A program made the translations under genes and the position numbers. 64,000 bases of DNA, taken from the NCBI GenBank assembly GCA_022823625.1, contig JAJEHQ010000011.1:22889-86888 (forward strand), in the 5' to 3' direction. Positions 18,733 to 28,483 of the stretch are shown piece after piece. Each line of letters begins with the position of its first letter. Positions within the stretch are counted from its first letter, which is position 1. The notes beneath the pieces were generated by a model. It was not told the DNA's origin and ran no database searches. It was given only the letters and a program-made list of their open reading frames with translations. Origin of the DNA: Gammaproteobacteria bacterium (GTDB lineage Bacteria > Pseudomonadota > Gammaproteobacteria > Arenicellales > JAJDZL01).

Positions 18733-19830
18733 ATGGATCAATCGTCTGCTATTGAGGCCGATTCAGCACTACGCGAGTGGTATGCATCAAAGGGTTCTCC
18801 GAGTGTCGAAACTTTCGATTGGAGCCACTACGATGCAATGGTCAGTTCTGTGCGATGCAGTATTCCTGACTGGCCATTTCGATTCAGTTTCACTTATATC
18901 CATTCCGAACAACTTCAGGATAAGGAGTTCGGATTGGGAAAGCCTTATGAAATTCCGCTAAATGCTACTGATCCAGGCGGTGACGGACTTCCAATAATTG
19001 CTATTGGTGGACTGATCAATGTTGCCCAGCGTTTTGATTTTATGTCGCTCGATCTGATGCCGCACTTTCGCCTGATTAGCCTCGACCTTGCGGGACGCGG
19101 TCGAAGTGGCTGGATGGCTGAGCAATCAGACTACACTCTGGACGCTTACGTTGAACAATTGCGTCAGTTGATGGATTTCCTGAAATTTGATTGCTGCATA
19201 CTGCTGGGTTCATCACTGGGCGGGTCAATTGCGTTGCGTTTTGCGGCAAACAATCCGGATCGTGTCAGAAAAATCATATTGAACGATAGCGGTCCGTTTA
19301 TACCACTGGAGCGACGCGCACGGCGTGCATCTGCAGTTGGCCGACATTATGTCTTCCGATCCCCAGCTGAGTTACTGCGTCGTACTGGCGCTGCAACGCG
19401 TCCAGTGGGTTATGCGCCAGATGCAGTTCTCCTGCACAACTTTCACCACAAAACGCGCTGGTCAGACGACGAGGGCGGTCGAATTTATAGACATGATCTT
19501 CGGGCAACACTTGCCTATCGAAATATTGCGGTACAAGACTTGAATCTGTGGGATGAGTGGAATCATTTGACCTGCCCAGTGCTGCTACTTCATGGTACAG
19601 AGAGTGACGCCACTTCGACCAATACGATTAACCGTATGCGTGAGCATCCTGATCTGTCCGTCATACATGTACATGGTGCAGGTCACACTCCTTCTCTTGG
19701 CGACTTTGGCCTGACTCAGTTGATCGCGGAATGGCTGAAATTTGACCGTCCGTACAGTGCGGATATAGAATTTCGTACGGCTTACAATCCAGTCCGTCTG
19801 TTCTACCCCGATGCTCGACGAAGAAGCTAA
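18733..19830 (+). CDS. Alpha/beta-fold hydrolase
   Basis: Nucleophile elbow GSSLGGSIA, LHGTESD and HGAGHTP in the order expected for the Ser-Asp-His triad; 365 aa with a ~90-aa N-terminal extension. Confidence 0.7.
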   Translation: MDQSSAIEADSALREWYASKGSPSVETFDWSHYDAMVSSVRCSIPDWPFRFSFTYIHSEQLQDKEFGLGKPYEIPLNATDPGGDGLPIIAIGGLINVAQRFDFMSLDLMPHFRLISLDLAGRGRSGWMAEQSDYTLDAYVEQLRQLMDFLKFDCCILLGSSLGGSIALRFAANNPDRVRKIILNDSGPFIPLERRARRASAVGRHYVFRSPAELLRRTGAATRPVGYAPDAVLLHNFHHKTRWSDDEGGRIYRHDLRATLAYRNIAVQDLNLWDEWNHLTCPVLLLHGTESDATSTNTINRMREHPDLSVIHVHGAGHTPSLGDFGLTQLIAEWLKFDRPYSADIEFRTAYNPVRLFYPDARRRS

Positions 19831-20401
19831 ACCAGGTCGAGGCTTCATATTCATGCGCCACGGCGAGACCGCGGCAAACTACGACAAGATTTGTTGTGGT
19901 GGTGATCGTGAGATGCCGATGATTGATTCCGGACGTCAACAGGTCAGAACTGCGGCTGAGATATTGCGGAATCATCGGCTAATTCCACAAGTCATTATTA
20001 CAGGCGATCTCCAGCGAACGGTTGAGAGCGCAAAAATTATCCAGAACGAACTGAATCCTCTTGCTCAGATACTCATTGATCAGGATCTAAATGAACGCCA
20101 TCTTGGAGACTGGAATGGGCAAACTCAAGCAGTGATCAACCCGATAATGATCGCAGGAGAAACGCCTAATGGTGGCGAGAGCAGGGCTGAATTTCGATCA
20201 CGAATGAACCGTTCCCTCGATAGACAGTTGAAATACTTTTCCAACTGGCCTTTGCTCATTGGCAGTCGCGGCAATGCTCGCATTTTGCTGGAAGCGGTTC
20301 AGGACCCAGACGCCCCTTTTTTTCCTAATGGGCAGATTCTTAAAGTTAAAATCGCCGAAATCGGCGATTTTTCTGTGCAGAATATTGAAAGGCTGGAGTG
20401 A
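19811..20401 (+). CDS. Histidine phosphatase family protein (phosphoglycerate-mutase-like)
   Basis: FIFMRHGETAAN (RHG catalytic motif) near the N-terminus; 196 aa; 20-nt overlap with the hydrolase gene. Confidence 0.7.
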   Translation: MLDEEAKPGRGFIFMRHGETAANYDKICCGGDREMPMIDSGRQQVRTAAEILRNHRLIPQVIITGDLQRTVESAKIIQNELNPLAQILIDQDLNERHLGDWNGQTQAVINPIMIAGETPNGGESRAEFRSRMNRSLDRQLKYFSNWPLLIGSRGNARILLEAVQDPDAPFFPNGQILKVKIAEIGDFSVQNIERLE

Positions 20402-20536
20402 ATCTAAATTCTGTCAGATGTGTATTCCTTCTCAGAATTAGAGTCAAAATTTACTGTCGGTCTTCTGAATGCGATTCAGGCTACGGTACCTTCCGTGGTC
20501 GTTTGATAGTCTAGCAGGCAGGTCTTCTGCACAAAA

Positions 20537-20869
20537 TTAAATCGCATTCAGAGCATCTTGACGCGAGTCTTTTATATCGATGATGTTGCCAAAACCGCTT
20601 ATTTCAAAAACCTCTTTGACTCCAGGCGCAATTGAGCAGATGGAAAAGTGAACACTTTTACTGGACAGTGTTTTTGCCAGCAAAAGAATTACTCGTAATC
20701 CAGCACTGCTTATGTAGCTTAACTGACTCAATTCCAAAATGACCGGCTGATTGGCATCACCGACTGATTTATTGATTGATGCTTGAAAATCAAGTGCGTT
20801 CTGGCCGTCAATACGGCCACTCGGTATAAGAATAATTGCACCGTTCGCATGTTCAGTCGCAATTTCCAT
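20537..20869 (-). CDS. STAS-domain protein (anti-sigma-factor antagonist, RsbV/SpoIIAA type)
   Basis: 110 aa. LSQLSYISSAGLRVILL carries the conserved phosphorylatable Ser context (DSSG-like). Sits 89 nt downstream of amt on the same strand and converges on the + strand sensory operon. Confidence 0.8.
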   Translation of the reverse strand: MEIATEHANGAIILIPSGRIDGQNALDFQASINKSVGDANQPVILELSQLSYISSAGLRVILLLAKTLSSKSVHFSICSIAPGVKEVFEISGFGNIIDIKDSRQDALNAI

Positions 20870-20958
20870 TACATTCTCTCCAAAGTTGAAGTGTTGTGTT
20901 TATTATTTTATTCTAGCATTACTTAGTCAGCCAGAACGAAATGGGGTTACATTATGGC

Positions 20959-22335
20959 TCAATCCGGATCATTATCCGGCATAATCATAAATTCTGGATA
21001 AGCCTCAATTCCAAGTTCAGCAACATCCTGCCCAAGTTCTTCGACATTCGGTGTCACTCGTGCTTTCATCGTCATGTCGAGTATTTTCCATACTATTAAC
21101 GATGTGATAAATACGAATGCTCCAATTGCAAGAATACCGATTAATTGTACTGAAAATTTTGCACCGCCTGCAATACAGACTGCAAGTGTACCCCAGATTC
21201 CGGCGAACAAATGTGCTGGGACTGCGCCGACAACGTCATCGATCTTCAAATTCTCTAGTAATTTTACACCTGCTGTGGAAACCAAACCACCAATTCCACC
21301 GATCACAATTGCCCATTGATGAGAAACAATATCCGGTCCAGCAGTAATTGCGACCAACCCCGCGATCGCCCCATTCAGACAGGCAAGTAAATCGACCCGG
21401 CCCAAAATTGGCCTGGACACCATCATTGCAACCATGACACCTGCCGCTGCAGCCAGGTTGGTGTTGGCGAGAATGATACTCATTGCAACAACGTTGAGCG
21501 CCGAGTCCATGGCTAACTGAGACCCGCCATTAAATCCAAACCAGCCGAGCCAGAGAATGAAAACACCTAAAGTAACGACTGGAATATTGGATGGCGGTGT
21601 ATTTTTCACTGTGCCATCTTTTCTAAACTTCCGTGCCCGGGCACCGACTATGATTGCGCCGGCCAAAGCCGCCCAACCGCCTGTCGAGTGAACGATCGTT
21701 GATCCCGCAAAATCCTGAAAGCCCATTTCTGAAAGCCAGCCGCCACCCCAGGTCCAGGACCCGATAATCGGATAAATGATTGCTGTAAGTATCAGGGTAA
21801 ATGCGAAGAATGTCCACAACTTAACTCGTTCGGCCAATGTGCCCGAAACAATTGATGCGGTTGTAGCAACAAAGACCATCTGGAAAAACCAATCCGACAT
21901 GGTCGAGTATCCAGATTCAATGACCGGACCCAAGGCCGCACTGTCGCCGCCCAAAAGGGCGATTTCTTCGGGTGTGGAGCTATAGAAAAGGGTGAATGTC
22001 CCGAAAAAACTGCCAACGTCAATGTACATCAGGTTGTAGCCTAATGTGTAATAGGCCAGCCCTGCGATGGCATAAAGCCCGATGTTTTTAAGACAGATGA
22101 CCGAGGCATTCTTGGTTCGCACCGAACCGGATTCAAGCATGGTAAATCCGGCACACATCCACATAACCAGTGCGCCCCAAAGAATGAAGGAAAAGGAATT
22201 CAGAACAAAGCCAGTTTCACCATCTGGTGATGCAACTGCTATGGGTGCAACAGCCGTAAGTGCAATTGCGGTTATCCCTTTCAACCCAATTTTCAAAATC
22301 CGTATAAGAATTGCATTTCTCGCGATTGGTGCCAT
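20959..22335 (-). CDS. amtB: Ammonium transporter (Amt family)
   Basis: FQDFAGSTIVHSTGGWAALAGAIIVGAR signature; 11-TM-like. The ATG at 22335 is preceded by GGAGA at 7-nt spacing and gives a signal-peptide-like N-terminus. The track ORF extends to 22362. Confidence 0.9.
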   Translation of the reverse strand: MAPIARNAILIRILKIGLKGITAIALTAVAPIAVASPDGETGFVLNSFSFILWGALVMWMCAGFTMLESGSVRTKNASVICLKNIGLYAIAGLAYYTLGYNLMYIDVGSFFGTFTLFYSSTPEEIALLGGDSAALGPVIESGYSTMSDWFFQMVFVATTASIVSGTLAERVKLWTFFAFTLILTAIIYPIIGSWTWGGGWLSEMGFQDFAGSTIVHSTGGWAALAGAIIVGARARKFRKDGTVKNTPPSNIPVVTLGVFILWLGWFGFNGGSQLAMDSALNVVAMSIILANTNLAAAAGVMVAMMVSRPILGRVDLLACLNGAIAGLVAITAGPDIVSHQWAIVIGGIGGLVSTAGVKLLENLKIDDVVGAVPAHLFAGIWGTLAVCIAGGAKFSVQLIGILAIGAFVFITSLIVWKILDMTMKARVTPNVEELGQDVAELGIEAYPEFMIMPDNDPD

Positions 22336-22525
22336 TTGCTTGTCTCCACAAGTTGTTTTCAAACAACGCTATGGATTATAACCATATTAATAAAATGGCT
22401 AGTCAATCGGTTGCGAATTGCCTCTGTTCGTCGATCGCCTGAAAGTAACATCAATTAATAGTAATTTGGTGAATCGTCTCTGATCGACGACACGTTTTAC
22501 AAACGACAAAAAAAAGAAAAATGAC

Positions 22526-24121
22526 GTGAAATACAGCCTCCGTTTACTTACAGGGGACATTTTCGGCGGTATTACCGCTGCAATCATTGCCCTACCTTTA
22601 TCGATAGCATTTGGTGTCGCGTCAGGTGTCGGCGCGCAGGCAGGATTGTATGCCGCAATCGCTATAGCAGTCTGTGCCGCAATATTTGGCGGTACCCGTG
22701 CGATGGTGTCAGGTCCCACTGCACCGATGATTGTTGCCATGGCGGTAATTGTCACCCATTCTGCAGATTCTCTGGCAGAAGCTTTTACCATCGTGATGCT
22801 TGCAGGATTACTGCAAATCGGCTTTGGCATATTTCGCTTAGGCCGATTCATTGCTTACACACCTTACTCCGTGATCTCTGGATTCATGTCGGGCATCGGC
22901 GTCATCATTATTGCACTTCAGGTATTTCCGATTCTTGGGATCAGTCTTGACAGTCATTTAGACATTCACATCATTTCGCAAATACCCGACATTCTAGCCA
23001 GTATCAATTTGCATGCAGTAAGTGTGGCTGCGATCACGCTTTTGACTATTCTGTTTTGGCCACTCAACCTGCATCGGTTCATTCCAGCTACTTTAGGCGC
23101 AATGATTGTTGGTTCTTTAATTGGCTATTTCATTTTTCAGCAGGCGCCTGTCGTTGGTACTATCCCCTCAGGTCTCCCTGAGCTTCAAATCCCTGTTCTT
23201 GGACTTGAGTTTTTAGTTAAAGTCATTCAGCCTGCGTTGGTTCTCGCAATTATCGGGGTTATCGAAACTTTGCTCGTCGCACTGATTTCAGATGCCATGA
23301 CCCGCTCGCGGCACAAACCCAATCGAGAAATTGTTGCCCAAGGAATTTCAAACATACTCTCCGGTCTGGTTGGTGGTTTACCTGGATCTGGTTCGCCTGT
23401 TCCCACAATAGTAAATATCAAGGCTGGCGGCAGAACTCGAGTTTCGGCTATTTTGTGTGGATTGATTCTTTTCGCGTTTCTTTTCGATCTTGGCAGAATG
23501 GTAGAACAGATTCCGCTGGCAGTTCTGGCGGCACTGCTCGTCAGAATCGGCTGGAATGTGATCGACTGGCGGTTTATCTCCAGAATTCACAAGATTCAGA
23601 AAACACACGTTACGGTTATGGTGTTAACTGCATTCCTTACCGTGTTTGTGGACCTGATCACCGCAGTCGCAATTGGGCTGATTGCTTCGGGCATGATCAA
23701 CGCAATGAATGCAGAGAGTATCGAGTTAGACAGTGTTTTGTCTGTACCGCTGATTGATCCTGACTCAGATGATGTGTTTTTATCAAGAACTGGGCTCGTT
23801 AGAATGACCGGTCGATTTACATTTGCTTCTGCGAGCAGGCTGCAGCACGTAATAGCTGCCGACATCAGGGATCACGAAGTGGTGATTTTTGATTTTTCCC
23901 AAACCGATGACTTAGACGACAGTGCAGTCATTGTTATCGGTGCATTGATTAGCAGTTCCTACGAGCAGGGCAAGCCGTGTGTCATATTGGGTCTGGATAA
24001 GAAAATTGGCCGGCTGTTGCATTCACTCCATGCCCTAGAGGAAGTTGACGAAGCCAACTATGTCGATACACTCGATGAAGCGAAAAAGCTGGCAAACTCC
24101 TTACTCCCACCTTTGTCATGA
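22526..24121 (+). CDS. SulP-family anion transporter with C-terminal STAS domain
   Basis: N-terminal LTGDIFGGITAAIIALPLSIAFGVASG, multi-TM core, cytoplasmic C-terminal ~130-aa STAS-like region. GTG start. Confidence 0.85.
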   Translation: MKYSLRLLTGDIFGGITAAIIALPLSIAFGVASGVGAQAGLYAAIAIAVCAAIFGGTRAMVSGPTAPMIVAMAVIVTHSADSLAEAFTIVMLAGLLQIGFGIFRLGRFIAYTPYSVISGFMSGIGVIIIALQVFPILGISLDSHLDIHIISQIPDILASINLHAVSVAAITLLTILFWPLNLHRFIPATLGAMIVGSLIGYFIFQQAPVVGTIPSGLPELQIPVLGLEFLVKVIQPALVLAIIGVIETLLVALISDAMTRSRHKPNREIVAQGISNILSGLVGGLPGSGSPVPTIVNIKAGGRTRVSAILCGLILFAFLFDLGRMVEQIPLAVLAALLVRIGWNVIDWRFISRIHKIQKTHVTVMVLTAFLTVFVDLITAVAIGLIASGMINAMNAESIELDSVLSVPLIDPDSDDVFLSRTGLVRMTGRFTFASASRLQHVIAADIRDHEVVIFDFSQTDDLDDSAVIVIGALISSSYEQGKPCVILGLDKKIGRLLHSLHALEEVDEANYVDTLDEAKKLANSLLPPLS

Positions 24122-24261
24122 GTCTGGCCAAATCCTTTTATCGGTAGCCAGAAATCTTGAAACGGAGTATAGCGGTGGACTTTTTTTATGGGAATTGGGT
24201 ACTTCGAACGTTGTCCTATTTTTAATCAAGCACTAGATGTCAACCAGCTGACGCAATTCGT

Positions 24262-25602
24262 TTACAGGTTAGAAGCCAGGGCTTTTGCGGACTGACTGTG
24301 TTCAGCCATCAGTTGCTGTAGATCGAAACCGACGATATTTCCGTCGATCACCCGCCACTCACCTGCAATCATGACGCGGTCTGCCCGGTGTGCGCCACAT
24401 AATATGACGGCTGCCATTGGGTCCCATGCACCAGAAAAGCGTGGTTCATCGAGTTTGTACATCGCGAGATCAGCTTGGCGGCCGACTTCAATCTTGCCAA
24501 TGTCCTGCCGCCCCAGGCAGTGAGCAGAACCCTCAGTTGCCCACTGAATCACATCCAGATGGTCAACTTTGTGAGCACCATAGCGCAGTTTTTGCACCAG
24601 TAATGCCTGCTTTACTTCCTGAATCAGGTTGGATGCGTCTTCTGATGCAGATCCGTCAACGCCGATTCCGACAGACACGCCGGCCTGTTTTAGTTCCAGT
24701 GTGGGGCAGATTCCCGAAGCCAGTAGCATGTTTGAACCTGGGCAGTGTGAAACTGAAGTCCCTGCGCGACCCAGGCGCTCAATCTCACTCTCCGTGAAGT
24801 GAATTCCGTGAGCAAGCCAAACCCGGTCCGAAAGCCAACCGGTATTTTCCAGGTAGTCAAGCGGACGACAGCCGTACTGCTGTTCACAGAAATGGACTTC
24901 ATCCTCTGTTTCTGCCAAATGTGTGTGAAGCCCGACATTTTTCTCAGCCGCTAGTCGAGCAGTTTCCACCATGATTGACTCAGTCACTGTGAATGGTGAA
25001 CACGGGGCAAGCACAATATTCTGAAATGAACCGTCCTGTGGGTCGTGATAAGCGTTGATGACCCGTTCGCAGTCGGCAAGTATGGTGTCCTCGTCCTGAA
25101 CTGTCGAACGGGGTGGTTGACCACCCTCCTCAACCGAAAGATTCATACTTCCCCGCGAAATAGCGACACGAACACCAATCTCACGAGCCGCCTGAATTTG
25201 AATATCGACAGCTTCTTCCAATCCTTGAGGAAATACGTAATGATGATCTGACGCAGTCGTGCAACCTGAAAGCAATAATTCGGCCAGTGCGAGTCGGGTT
25301 GCGTTGTACAGTTGTTCAGGAGTCAGCCGCGCCCAGATCGGGTAAAGTGCTTCTAGCCAGTCGAACAGTTTCTTATTCAGTGCAGGCGGGCAAGCCCGCG
25401 TCAGTGTCTGGTAAAAATGATGGTGTGTGTTAATCAGACCCGGAAGGACAACGTGCTCGGATGCATCAAAGATTCTGTCACACTCTTTTTCCGGTGACGC
25501 ACCTTGACCAACGTATTCTGCAATCTGGCTATTTTCTACAACAATACCGCCCTTTGCCTGATCGGAAAAAATTGCCAGAGGATTTTTGATCCAGGTTCGC
25601 AT
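24262..25602 (-). CDS. Amidohydrolase-superfamily deaminase (8-oxoguanine deaminase / cytosine-deaminase-like)
   Basis: Metal-binding INTHHHFYQ, later HLAE and GVDGSAS motifs; 446 aa. Confidence 0.7.
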   Translation of the reverse strand: MRTWIKNPLAIFSDQAKGGIVVENSQIAEYVGQGASPEKECDRIFDASEHVVLPGLINTHHHFYQTLTRACPPALNKKLFDWLEALYPIWARLTPEQLYNATRLALAELLLSGCTTASDHHYVFPQGLEEAVDIQIQAAREIGVRVAISRGSMNLSVEEGGQPPRSTVQDEDTILADCERVINAYHDPQDGSFQNIVLAPCSPFTVTESIMVETARLAAEKNVGLHTHLAETEDEVHFCEQQYGCRPLDYLENTGWLSDRVWLAHGIHFTESEIERLGRAGTSVSHCPGSNMLLASGICPTLELKQAGVSVGIGVDGSASEDASNLIQEVKQALLVQKLRYGAHKVDHLDVIQWATEGSAHCLGRQDIGKIEVGRQADLAMYKLDEPRFSGAWDPMAAVILCGAHRADRVMIAGEWRVIDGNIVGFDLQQLMAEHSQSAKALASNL

Positions 25603-25635
25603 CGGTGTACTTCAGTTATTGTTAAAATAATCGCT

Positions 25636-26688
25636 CTAATTGCGTTGACTGACAGGACTCCAGTTAAGTCTGAGCATGATGATCAGCACAGTTAGCAGCA
25701 AAATGAATCCACTCTGGTGGGCCAGCGCAATTGGCAGATGAACTTGACTGAGCAACGCAGAGATACCGAATCCGAACTGCAATAATGCTGCCATCAACAC
25801 CATGTCTGCCATTCTACATAATTGAGGCTGACGTGTGCGCAGACGTCCAACCCAGAGTAAGAATACTGATATGAGTGTTGCCACCGCAATCCAGCGATGA
25901 AAAAACTGAATGGTTACGACATTCTCAAATAGATTTCGCCACCAGGGTTGGAGTGAACCCATCATCTGAGGGACCAGTTCGCCGTTCATATCAGGATAGG
26001 TGTTGATCACAAATCCGGCATGTGTTCCTGCCATAAAACCACCGCTGATCTGCATTAGTGCGACGAAAAAGATACAGAGGATTGAAGTCTTACGAAAGTA
26101 GGACACTAGTGGATCGTCAACCGGTTGTCGCGTTGATATCAGTCCGACTCCAAGCCATAGTACATAACTGAAAAGCAGCACAGCGAGCGATAGATGCGCA
26201 GTGAGCCGATACTGACTGACTGCAGGATTATCCACTAGCCCGCTGGCGACCATATACCAGCCAAGCAGCCCCTGAAACCCACCTAGCACGAAAATTAATG
26301 CCAGCCTTAGTGTGAGTGCGCGCGACAGGTATCGACGAGTCAGAAAGTACAGAAATGGTAAAAGAAATACCAGGCCAACCAGTCGTGCGGCGAGTCTATG
26401 CGCATATTCGACCCAGTAAATTCGTTTAAAGTCGTCAAGTTGCATATCCTGATTGACGATTTTGAATTCTGGATATTGCTGATAATGCTCAAACTCCCTG
26501 AGCCACTCCGAATCTGAAAGTGGCGGGATAACGCCGGAAATTGGATCCCAGGAAACAATTGAAAGTCCTGAATCGGTCAGTCGGGTAAATCCTCCAATTG
26601 CAATAACCATGTAGATCAGTGCACAGACAATAAACAGCCAAACGCCTACATGCAGGGGATTTCGGTCGGGGAGTACCAGCAGCGTCAT
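25636..26688 (-). CDS. ctaA: Heme A synthase (COX15/CtaA family)
   Basis: GGFTRLTDSGLSI motif, 8-TM pattern with conserved His residues. The track ORF (to 26784) would overlap fabB; the ATG at 26688 (MTLLVLPD) avoids this. Confidence 0.8.
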   Translation of the reverse strand: MTLLVLPDRNPLHVGVWLFIVCALIYMVIAIGGFTRLTDSGLSIVSWDPISGVIPPLSDSEWLREFEHYQQYPEFKIVNQDMQLDDFKRIYWVEYAHRLAARLVGLVFLLPFLYFLTRRYLSRALTLRLALIFVLGGFQGLLGWYMVASGLVDNPAVSQYRLTAHLSLAVLLFSYVLWLGVGLISTRQPVDDPLVSYFRKTSILCIFFVALMQISGGFMAGTHAGFVINTYPDMNGELVPQMMGSLQPWWRNLFENVVTIQFFHRWIAVATLISVFLLWVGRLRTRQPQLCRMADMVLMAALLQFGFGISALLSQVHLPIALAHQSGFILLLTVLIIMLRLNWSPVSQRN

Positions 26689-26713
26689 TCGACTCGACGC
26701 GTCCAGGCGCGGG

Positions 26714-27928
26714 TTAGTTCGTGATTCGCTGAAACACCAGTGAAGCATTGGTGCCGCCAAACCCAAAACTGTTGGACATGGCAACGTTTAATTCAACATT
26801 TTCAATTAACTGTCGCACGATCGGAAAACCTTCTGCGGCAGGATCAAGATTTTCAATGTTAATGGAGGGACTGATGAAGCCTCCATCCATCATCAGCAGG
26901 GTATAGATGGCTTCGTTGACACCGGCACCACCGAGCGCGTGTCCGGTGAGTGACTTGGTAGAACCAATATGAGGTGTATCTTCAAACACCTGGCTTATCG
27001 CTTCGAGTTCCTTCACGTCACCAACAGGTGTACTGGTTCCGTGGGCGTTAATGTATTGAACCGGATGTTCCAGGTCTGCAAGGGCCAGTTGCATGCAGCG
27101 TACTGCACCCTCGCCAGACGGCTGCACCATATCAAAACCGTCTGAAGTTGCGCCATAGCCGACTAATTCTGCATAAATTCGCGCACCGCGTTTTTGTGCG
27201 GATTCCAATTCTTCAAGAACAACGACTCCGCCGCCACCTGAAATTACAAAACCATCTCGGTTGGCGTCAAAAGGCCTGGACGCAGCCTCGGGACGATCGT
27301 TGTATTTAGTCGACAACGCTCGCATTGCATCGAACAGCATGGTCATGGTCCAGTGAATTTCGTCTCCACCACCTGCGAATACGATGTCCTGCTTGCCCAG
27401 TTGAATCTGTTCCATACCAATACCGATACAGTGAGCGCTTGTGGCACAGGCGGAACTCACTGAGTAGTTCACACCGCGAATTCCGAACAATGTGCTGATT
27501 CCGGCAGAATTAGTGCTTGACATGGTGCGAGAAACCATGTAGGGACCAACAGCTCTAGGTCCTTTGGTTTTCAAAAGACTGGCAGCCAGTTCAAGATTCT
27601 CGGTTGATGCACCACCAGAACCCATGATGCAACCAGTGCGGGGATTCGAAATCAGGTCTTCTGGTAGACTGGAGTCTTCAATCGCCTCATTCATGGCGAT
27701 GAAATTGAACGCCGCTCCGTCACCCATAAACCGCCGCGCTTTTCGTGCAACTATGCTGTTAATGTCGATGTCGATACTGCCGTGAATTTGGCTTCGTAAT
27801 CCGAGTTCCCGGTATTCGGGTACGAATTCCACGCCAGAGCGGCCTTCGCGAAGCGACTCTGTCACTTCCACACGGTTGTTGCCGATGCTGGATACAATCC
27901 CAATTCCTGTTACGACAACTCGTCTCAT
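26714..27928 (-). CDS. fabB: 3-oxoacyl-ACP synthase I
   Basis: Active-site [29 protein letters not shown]; 404 aa; immediately downstream of fabA. Confidence 0.92.
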   Translation of the reverse strand: MRRVVVTGIGIVSSIGNNRVEVTESLREGRSGVEFVPEYRELGLRSQIHGSIDIDINSIVARKARRFMGDGAAFNFIAMNEAIEDSSLPEDLISNPRTGCIMGSGGASTENLELAASLLKTKGPRAVGPYMVSRTMSSTNSAGISTLFGIRGVNYSVSSACATSAHCIGIGMEQIQLGKQDIVFAGGGDEIHWTMTMLFDAMRALSTKYNDRPEAASRPFDANRDGFVISGGGGVVVLEELESAQKRGARIYAELVGYGATSDGFDMVQPSGEGAVRCMQLALADLEHPVQYINAHGTSTPVGDVKELEAISQVFEDTPHIGSTKSLTGHALGGAGVNEAIYTLLMMDGGFISPSINIENLDPAAEGFPIVRQLIENVELNVAMSNSFGFGGTNASLVFQRITN

Positions 27929-27930
27929 CG

Positions 27931-28446
27931 CTACATATCGAAAAGTCCGACTCGAAGATCGGAACCGGTGTATATCTGTTTCCCGTCTGCCTCAACCTCT
28001 CCATCCGCGAGTCCCATAATCAGCTTGGATGAAATGACCCGCTTGATATGAATTCGGTAGGTAATTATCTTGTGCTCCTTTGTTACCTGGCCGGAAAACT
28101 TAACTTTGCCAGAGCCCAGTGCCCGCCCGCGACCGGGATTACCCAGCCATCCCAGGTAAAATCCAACCAGTTGCCAGCAGGCATCAAGACCAAGACATCC
28201 AGGCATGACAGGATCCCCCTTGAAGTGGCAATCAAAAAACCACAACTCAGGTCGAATATCAAGTTCCGCTTCAAGCACGCCTTTATTGAACTCGCCGCCC
28301 TCGCGGGAAATGTTGGTAATTCGATCAAACATCAGCATTGGTGGAAGCGGCAATTGCGCGTTGCCTGGACCAAATAGTTCGCCTTGACCACAGGCGATCA
28401 GTTCATCGTAGTCGTAACTTCCCTTTGGAACAAATTCGTGCTTCAT
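27931..28446 (-). CDS. fabA: 3-hydroxydecanoyl-ACP dehydratase/isomerase
   Basis: [20 protein letters not shown] active-site region; 171 aa. Confidence 0.92.
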   Translation of the reverse strand: MKHEFVPKGSYDYDELIACGQGELFGPGNAQLPLPPMLMFDRITNISREGGEFNKGVLEAELDIRPELWFFDCHFKGDPVMPGCLGLDACWQLVGFYLGWLGNPGRGRALGSGKVKFSGQVTKEHKIITYRIHIKRVISSKLIMGLADGEVEADGKQIYTGSDLRVGLFDM

Positions 28447-28483
28447 ACGAAATTCGCTTGAAAACCGCTTGCTGTCAAATCAG

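Noticed and set aside
22396-22414. Sigma-54-like TGGC...TTGC element in the amt/SulP intergenic region.
   Set aside because: The spacing between the GG and GC elements is about 4 nt too long, and it is on the wrong strand for amt. The reverse-strand candidate also fails the GG-N10-GC spacing.
22399-22851. 150-aa minus-strand ORF.
   Set aside because: It is antisense to the well-supported SulP N-terminus. Its Ala/Ile-rich sequence is typical of a shadow ORF.
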